Source: the human T2T-CHM13v2.0 reference genome, Homo sapiens. Taken from it: a stretch of 64,000 bases of DNA. Each line of letters starts with the position of its first letter. Position 1 is the stretch's first letter. This document shows positions 55,848 through 64,000 of the stretch, piece by piece. The notes under the pieces were generated by a model. That model made no database searches. It was not told the origin of the DNA and saw only the letters and a list, made by a program, of their open reading frames with translations. Position numbers and translations under genes: made by a program. The stretch lies in assembly GCF_009914755.1 (NCBI RefSeq), contig NC_060931.1; one strand, given 5' to 3'.

Positions 55848-57199
55848 GAGAGAGAGATGCTCCCGTGTTTCCCTGCATACATCTGGTCTGTCGTTTTGGC
55901 TGTATGTGGTGCTGTGTAGAGTCATCACCCACGTGTTACTGTCCTGTCCTGTCTCCCCTGCACTCTAGTGAACATGCACATGCCGGTCCCCTCCAGGATC
56001 TGTGAGAGTGAGCCTCTGTCCGGGACTCACACCCAGGAGGAGCAGTGCTGGGCATCCGTTATGCCACCTGTTGATGTGATTCGGAGGTGCCAGATTGCAT
56101 GCTTCAGTTCTGCACTCCCACTAGCAGCTCTTGAGGTCCCTAAGTCCCACAGCCCCACCAACACTTGGCATTACCCAGCTTTGTAATGTTCACCAGCCAA
56201 ATGGGTGTAAAGTGCCATGGCACTGTTGTCCTAATTTGCATCTCCCTGATATCTAATGGGTGTAAACATCTCTTGCTGTACCCGCTTGCCTTTTGGGTTT
56301 CTTCTTCTGGAAATTGCTTGAGTCTCTTTCCCTATTTTCCTCTGGAGTGGAGATGCCTCAACTCCAGGTCTTTCTCTTACGTCGTCCCCATTGTGTGCCC
56401 TCCTGGGTCCCAGCATACTGCCTGCTGTCCCCCACCCAACTGAGGACTCCCTTAATGTAACACATCTACATAGTCTGTCCCTCTTCCAACCTCCTTCTTG
56501 GCAGCGGGGAGGAGAAGGAGACCCAGGCTCTGTCCGTGGGGACCTATTTATTGACTGACAGTGGTGGAGGGAGATTCCAGTACAGAGAATAGGCCTACTC
56601 GGGCTGATCGCCAGGTGCCATTTGCCTTGTCCTGGTCCTTGCCTGGGTGCCTCTCTTCTCTGTGATCCCCTGCATGGTGGCCCTCTCCTCTGCACGGAGG
56701 ATCTAGCTTGTCCTCCATGGCCTGCCTGGACCAGGTATCTTTTCTCATGCACTGGGAACAGAAGGAGTAGGCATCCTTTACCTGTGCTGGCTCACAAGTG
56801 TGTATCTGGTGGACGCAGCAGATGGACATCCTCCTTCCTTACAGTCGTGAGAGTTCCAGGGAATGGAGACACAGCTACATGAAGCCCAAGGCCACATTGT
56901 TGCCCATGACGCCCGGCTGCCTGGCACCTTCCTGGTCAGACAAATGTCAAAGTGCGGGCCCAGTCTGAAAACCCATCATATTCAGTCTCAAATCATAAAA
57001 GTAATTCATATTCATTGCAGGCATTTAGGAGATACAGAAGGATTTTTTAAAAAATCAATCATCATCTTATTACCAAGACATTCACCATAGATACTTTTGT
57101 ATGTTTCCAGAAAGATTTTTTTTCTGTGTTTTGGAAGTAGCTTGAGATTATATTTGTAAAATTTCATATGATTTGTATGCATTAAAACAATATACATTA

Positions 57200-57795
57200 T
57201 ATATAGATGGCCAATAATCACTTGAAAAGATGTTCGATATCATTAGTCATTAGGAAAATGTAAATCAAAACCACAATGCAATATTGTTTCATGTCCATGA
57301 GGATGGCTAAAAGGAAAACAAAATAGCCAATAACAAGTATTGGCAAGAATGTGTAGAAATTGGAACCCTCATGCATTGCTGGTGGGACCAGAGAATTGTC
57401 AGGTGCTTTGGTAAAAAGTTGCACAGTTGCTCACAAAGTCAAACACTGAATTATTCAGAAAATCCACTCCTAGGTATATAGGCAAGGGAATTGAAGATGT
57501 ATGTCTACACAAAACTTGTACATGAATATTCATAACATCATTATTCATAGTAGCCAAGAAGTAGAAACAACCTAAACATCCATCAACTTATGAATGAATT
57601 AACAAAATGTGGAATATCCATACGATGGGATATTAGCTCCATTATTTCTGTTTGAGGTAATGAAAAGTTCTAAAATTAGATCGTGATGATGGTTGCAAAC
57701 TCTGAGAATACACGAAAACCACTGAATTGTACACTTTAAAATGGTGAATGTTGTGGTACGTGAATTCTATCTCAATAAAGCAGTTATTAAAAATG
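57200..57795 (+). mobile_element. L1M 3' end fragment (sense)
   Basis: atggccaataatcacttgaaaagatg...tctatctcaataaagcagttattaaaaa. Confidence 0.85.
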
Positions 57796-57929
57796 AGTAA
57801 ATGAGTGTTTGCTGGAGAACATTTGCAGACAATTTTTCCGCTACATAATTTGAAAAGTCTATATAATATTATTTATTTAGCCAATAGTTATTTAACATAT
57901 TTTATTCGTGAAAGTTTCTGTCGATTTTA

Positions 57930-58195
<266 letters not shown>

Positions 58196-58349
58196 TCAGA
58201 ATAAATTATCCTAATGTGGAAGAATGTTTGAACCAATGCAATGCACATGATAAGTCTTTTAGTACCTGTTGGCAAATTGCCTCCCAGAAAATTGGTCTAG
58301 AGAATTCTTGCACAAACAATATAAGTGTTACAGTTTTTCTGCATTGTTA

Positions 58350-58641
58350 TTATTTTTTGAGACAGGGTCTCACCTGTAGACCAGGCTGGAGTGTAGTAAA
58401 GTGATCACAGTTCACTGCTGCCTCAACCTTCTGGGCTCAAGTGATCCTCCCGCTTCAGCCTTCCCAAGTAGCTGAAACTACAGGCATGCACCACCATACT
58501 GGCTAATTTTAAAATGTTTTTGTAGAGACAGGGTCTCAGTACATATTGCCCAGTCTGGTCTCAAACTTCTGGGGCTCAAGCAATCCTCCTGCCTTGGTCT
58601 CCCAAGTGCTGGAATTACAGGCGTGAGCCAGTGTGCCTGGC
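58350..58641 (-). mobile_element. AluJ
   Basis: gagacagggtctcac...ctgggctcaagtgatcctccc...gtgagccagtgtgcctggc. Confidence 0.9.
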
Positions 58642-58671
58642 TGGCATCATTATATGTTTCTCTGAGTTTTA

Positions 58672-59060
58672 ACTGGTGTTAGCACTGTTAGTAATGGTGT
58701 TAGCATAGTGGTGATAGTAGTTAGTGTTAGTTAGCTTGGTTAGTGCTCTTTAATACTAGTTGTGACTAATTTTAGTGGTTAGCAGTTGGTAGAGTTAGTG
58801 GCTAGTTAGTGGTTAGCATTAGTTAATGTTAGTGGTTAGTGTTGGTGATTAGTTACCAGTTAGTTTAGCAGCTAGCTGTTAGTGTTAGTTAATGTTATTT
58901 AGTGGTTAGTGTTACTGGTTAGTTAGCAGTGAGTAGTTAGTGGCTAGTTAGTGTTGGTGGTTCATTAGTGATTAGTGTTAGTGGCTGGTTAGCAGTGAGT
59001 GGTTAGCGTTAGTTAATGTTAGTTGGTGGTTAGTTAGCCATTAGTGTCAGCAGTGAGTGT
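58672..59060. repeat. Degenerate (GTTA/TTAGTG)n simple repeat
   Basis: About 390 bp of ttag, gttagtg and tggttag units, strongly C-depleted. Confidence 0.9.
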
Positions 59061-60449
59061 ATGATATTGGCAGTGGCAGAAGCAGCTCACTCTGTGAACT
59101 GTCCATCCCTCGCCTACAGGTTTCACAATGGCTGCAGGTTCACCACTTGCTCCCTTTTAGTTTCAACTGGAGCCTCAAATTCCTATCACTTCTCTTGTCT
59201 CTCCCATGACAGGGATTCGCAGACTGGGCCTACGATGCAGATTCCTGGGCAGATCCTTTGACTGGCAAGCTCTTCCTCTCTCAGGACTCCAGCTTCCACA
59301 ACTGAGCGGGGGGGTGGGGGGAGTTGCTCAGGAGATGATGTCTGAGGACGTCTCACCAGGGACACTGGATGGGAAGCAACGAGCTAGGCTGAGAAGCGCA
59401 ATGATCATCCTGGCCACCAGGTGGCAGTCTAACTGCAGCCAAGAGCCCTGGCTGGGCCGACGGTGCTGCCTGCCTGAGCTGACGCTGGAGATGGACGCAG
59501 GACCCCTGCGGCCTGACTGGAGCTCAGCGAGCCGAAGGGGCTGGTGGAGAAGGGGCTGCTGGTCTGGGCAGCCTAGGTTGGGAGGGAGGGTCATGGCGGG
59601 AGTGTGGAGGAGCAAGACATCCCCACGCCCCCCGCCCCCTGCCCCAGACCCCAGTGTTGATGAATAAGAAGCGGATTAAGAAGAGTGAGAGCTGAAGAGA
59701 CAGGAGAATCAGGGACCACGAGAGCCCGTGCAAGATCCGGAGCACAGGGGCTTCCCTGGGTCCCAGGCTTTCTGCAGGACTCACCCCCAACTACCCCGGT
59801 GTCCTCCTTCCAGCCAGCCTCCCCGCGGGTCCTGAGAGGAGAGTTTCCTAAAGAGAAGGAAGAAACTCGGACTTCCCTCCTGTTATGTTCGGGCTCCTCT
59901 GTGAGAAAGAGGAGGAGAGAGGAAAATGAAGGGCCCATTCTCTGTCCCCAGAGAGCCCCCAGGAATGTTGGGAAGATCTGCAAGGATGAGCCTGAACCTA
60001 GAGGTGAGAACTGGTGTGCCGGGCTCAGACTCTCTGGGATGTGGGAGCTCCGAGGACTGGGTGTGAGTGTGGGCAGGAGCAGTCAGGGAAGGCTTCCTGG
60101 ATGAGGGGACTCAGGCAGGGAGTGTAGACCCTAGAGCCCCACCAGGCCAGGCTGCGCAGTGGTCCCTTTCTACCGTTTGCTGGGCAGGAAGCGGAATGGG
60201 GTTGATCTCAGTTTAGAGAGCAATACGTGGAGGAAAGTTCCGGTAGGAGGGTGGTATCGGGCCCAGGCTTCGTTCTCCCCAGGGACTTTCATGACATTCC
60301 TGCTAGGGCTCTGGGTCTGCTGGGCACACATTTATCCATGTGGTGAGTGTTCACTGAGTATCTGGGGAACACGCACCTTGCTAGAGTCTGAAAATACAGC
60401 TACAAGCAACCCCCAAATGTTCCCCTACACAAGGGGCTTAGGGTCTGGT

Positions 60450-60854
60450 TGGCAATGGCCAATTTTACATGTCAATATGACTTGGCCACAGGATGCCTGG
60501 GTATCCGATTAGTCATTGTTTGTGGGTGTGTCTGTGGCGGTGTTTCTGGAAGGGCTTAGCATTTGAATTGGCAGACTGAGTAAAGCCATGGCCCTCCCCA
60601 GTGAGCAGGCACCAGCCAACCCTTGAAGTTCTGAATAGAAAAAAAAAAAAAAAAAAGGCAGAGGAAGGTTGAACTTGAGCTTTCTCTGCCTGGATGTTGA
60701 GCTGGAACATCTATCTTCTGCCCTCCAGGATCCTGGTTCTTAGGCCTTCGAATATACCACCCGCCCTCTGGGGTCTCTGGCTTGCAGAGGGCAGATTGAC
60801 TTCTCAGCCTCCATAATTGCATGAGTCAATACCATACAATAAAGCTCTTTCTAC

Positions 60855-60900
<46 letters not shown>

Positions 60901-60953
60901 GGGTGTGTATATAAAATGTTGGTTTTATTCTCTGGAGAATCCTGACTGATACA
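60450..60953 (+). mobile_element. Solo ERV-L LTR (MLT2C/D-like) with internal poly-A and (TG)17
   Basis: aattttacatgtcaatatgacttggccac...ttagcatttgaattggcagactgagtaaagc...tctctggagaatcctgactgataca. Confidence 0.88.
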
Positions 60954-60959
60954 GAAGGC

Positions 60960-61400
60960 ATTATTTAGGGCTCTCTGTTGCAGACAACAGGACCCACTCT
61001 GGCTGAGTTAAGCAAAAACATGACAAGTTTAAGGACATCAGGTAGCTCCCCTGTCTCTAGGAGGGCCTGAGCTCAGGCCCAGAGGCAGTGCCCATCCCAC
61101 ACCAGGGGGCTACTGTGGCAAATTCCTCATTTCACCACTTTTGGTCATGGACACAGCTGCTCACACCACCAACACCAGGGACAGAATGCCAGAACCACCA
61201 CATGGCTCTCCTGAAAAGCCAAACTCCTTCCCTGCCACGCTGGCCAAAAATTTGATTCCACCTGGCACCAGCTCCCTCTTATTGCTGTCTTCTGGATCTA
61301 AGTCCCACAGAGTTACCCCTGATGGCACAGTCCAGTGACCCTGCCCACTAGCTGCAAGGAAGGCTGGTACAGCAAGCTCAGACCTCTAGCTTGGAGAGGG
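60960..61400 (-). mobile_element. Old MaLR LTR (MLT1K/L/N-like)
   Basis: ttagggctctctgttgcagacaacaggacccactctggctgagttaagcaaaaa ... agctgcaaggaaggctgg. Confidence 0.55.
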
Positions 61401-61479
61401 CCCTCCTACTGTGGCAAGGTTCTCAGGCACAAGAAGGGTGTTCAGAATATGCTGGCTGGCCACAAGCATGACAGATGTG

Positions 61480-62900
61480 TGGCACCAAGAGGCAAGCACA
61501 CCATTCAAGCAATCACATAGTAACGGTGACGGATGCAGAAAGAACAGCAAAGTGTTGGGAGAACAAATATCTAGATGACCAAACCTAGACCGGAAGTGTA
61601 AAAAATAAAAAGGCTTCCTGGAGGAAGTGACAGCTAAGCTGAGATTGGAACCATGAGAATGAGTTGGCCAGGAAAAGAAGTGGATTAAAAAAAAAAAACA
61701 ACCAGGTAGAGGAAACAGCACGTGTGAAGGCCCCGAGGTGGGAAGGAGCTCGGCGTGGGAAGAGATGCAAGTTAGCTACTGTGGTTGGATCTTAGGGAGA
61801 AAAGGGGAGCGTAGAGCGGGCGGCACCCAGATCACGCAGGGTCAGGAAAGCTATGCTAAGGTTTCATCCCAAAAGGTACTGAAGTGTGTGATGTGACGAG
61901 GCTTAGGTGTTTTAAATGATCGCTCTGGCTGGTATACGAAGACTGAATTTCAGGCAGAGACCTCCGCTGGAAGCAGGGAGGCTGGAAATGGAGACACGTA
62001 CTAGGGTGATAGTGATGGAAAAGATAAGGACCAAGTCCAAAGCTGTCTAACTCAGGGGTGAAACTGTGTGAGAGCAAGAAGACGGACGGAGGCGTCCCAC
62101 AAGCCTACTGGAATGAGGAGAGACAGAGAGGAGCAAGCTTTTGGGGGAAGAGCAGGAGCTCAGTTTGGGCACATTGGGTTTGGGGTGCACTGAGACAGCC
62201 AGCAGGGTGCCAAGGAGCGGGCTGGAGTGAGGAGCGAGGCCCAGCTCAGAAGTGGAGTTCATGAGTGGCCAGTATATTGGTGGCGTTTGATGCCAAGGGC
62301 ATAGGTGGGGCCACCCCGCAGTGAGAGTGAGGAGCAGGATGAGAAGGGGACTGAGGGCTGAGCCTGGAGGGATCCACACATTCACAATCCCACGGGGGAG
62401 CAGGAGCCCCCAAAGGAGGCGGAGCAGGGGAAGGAGTGCTCAGAGAGGTGGGAGGAGAACCGGATGAATGTGGGATCCTGGGGCCCCAACCAAGATTGTC
62501 CCAGCGAGGGGCTGCTGAGCCGGCCGAGTGCTGCTGAGCCGCCTTTGTGAGAGGATTTGGAGGCGCAGCTCACAGCGAGAGCGGATTTGGCGGAGGATGG
62601 ACTCGGAGGCTGGGCTCAGGGGTGCTGAGAGGGAGCGGCTGGGGCAGCCCAGGAGAACAACCCTTTACCGAGGCTCCTCTGGGAGGGCGGGGGGAGCCAG
62701 AAGGGAGCGGGAGGAGTCATTTGGTTTTGTTGTAAGAGGACAGCCTGTAAAAATGCTAAGAAGTGGATATGGGAGTCACTGAAAAGTGGGGGGCACGTCA
62801 TGGAGCGGGGTGGTTGAGAAGGAGTGAGAAGGCAGGTCCTGAACCCAGTGTGGGGGGCCTTGGCTGAGAAAGGGGACTCTGCCCCAGAGGCTGGCAGGTG
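61480..62900 (-). mobile_element. L2 LINE fragment
   Basis: aggcttcctggaggaagtgacagctaagctgaga, atgatcgctctggctg, ggagctcagtttgggcacattgggttt; boundaries approximate. Confidence 0.75.
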
Positions 62901-64000
62901 GGTGTGTGGCCTGGGGGTGGGCAGGAGAGGGAGGCCAACTGCTGGCTCCTGCATTCGTCATGAAGGTGAGGTTCCTGGCCTGCTGGGGGTGGGCGCCAAC
63001 AGGGGGTGGGAGTGGAGAGCGGGTGGGTCTTGAGAGTGCAGAAGACGGAAGCAGCTGCGGCAGAGGTGGGAGGACAAGCCAGTAGGGAAGAATATACAGT
63101 TGCCAGGCCATGCTGGCGGGCCAGCTCCCCCAAGAGCGGAAACTTGGAGTGAGACCACTTTTTCTGGGTGGAATATCTGGTACAGACAAAAGTGACTTGG
63201 GCTTATTCAGGGTTGGGTTTTGCCCCAAAGGCTGAGGCACCAGGGACTTGTAGGTGTTTGTCAGAGAGCATTTGTGCAATGCCACAGGGTCCCTGCTGGA
63301 GGGTCTGCTGGAAGGGAGTGGAGTATTCGGTGCTAGGGCTGGGTGGGGGTGCAGAGGAAGAGTTCTAGGAGGACAGAAGGGTGTGGTCAGAACAGGATGC
63401 TTTGCAGCACAGCTGGTGTGACTTCCAGCAGTAGCATGGGCTCCATGTTGGTGTGGGAGGGGGTGTCTGCTGGGGGTCAAGAAGGTCCCTGAGAGAAGGA
63501 AGGGCAGGGACTGTGAGGTCAGTGGGTGACAGACCATCAGCCTGGGCACTGCTGTCACTCAAGACAAAGGCTGGGGTTGAAGGGCAAGGATGACTTTCGA
63601 GCCAGAGCCTCCAGCCATGAAGGTGGGGAAGGGGCTGCAGGAGCCTGGGGGTTGCAAACAGGAGGCTGGGGCAGAGGTGGGATGCAGGGAGTGAGGAGGG
63701 GCAGACCAGAGGGAGAGTCCAGACAGGGCGGGGTGGAGAGGACTCAGGGTGCGGAGCAGGAACCGAAACCCCCAGGCACTGGTCCCCTGCCCTCCGGAGC
63801 CTGGGCAACCAGTCCAGCCATCCTGCTATGGCTTTGCCCTCCCAGCTTTGGGGCTGCCAGAGGCCCTGGCCCTAGAACTGTTAGGAACAGGGCTGCCTTT
63901 GGGGCAGATCCAGGCTTTGGAAACCAACAGGAAACTGCAGATATTATTATTTTTTTTTTCTGACACTCTGTTCTGCCTCATCTGTGTGACTCTCTCGTGT

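Noticed and set aside
58672-59060. True interstitial telomeric sequence or fusion scar
   Set aside because: No TTAGGG arrays or head-to-head inversion
62776-63558. 260-aa Pro/Ser/Leu-rich minus-strand ORF
   Set aside because: Composition reflects G-rich strand skew; no domain or gene structure

Overview
Human genomic DNA, recognisable as chr7p14. The window opens in the terminal 3' UTR of AQP1 (+ strand, AATAAA at 1138-1143). About 13 kb of GC-rich intergenic DNA follows, then an AT-rich block of about 23 kb (~15.0-38.1 kb) of nested retroelements and DNA transposons: L1M fragments, MaLR and ERV-L LTR elements, a full-length Hsmar2 mariner, Alus and MER20. The complete 13-exon GHRHR gene lies on the + strand (ATG 39712, TAG 54888, 1272-nt CDS, 423 aa, all introns GT-AG, AATAAA 55155-55160), followed by a repeat-rich 3' flank. 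Most ORFs in the supplied track are chance ORFs. I see no new multi-gene system. The most unusual observations are: (1) a TSD-flanked provirus with mismatched LTRs, an ERV-L MLT2 5' LTR joined at the primer-binding site to a THE1/MST MaLR body, as expected from intermolecular plus-strand transfer between co-packaged genomes; (2) several local non-TE duplications of different ages, one flanking GHRHR exons 2-3; (3) a 673-bp captured segment inside an L1; (4) a CpG-rich CTCF/promoter-like element 25 kb upstream of GHRHR with a phase-compatible donor; (5) an open, in-frame GHRHR intron 2 and a rare GAG acceptor that regenerates a 5' splice site at exon 13. Repeat subfamily names come from recalled consensus sequences and need RepeatMasker/Dfam confirmation.
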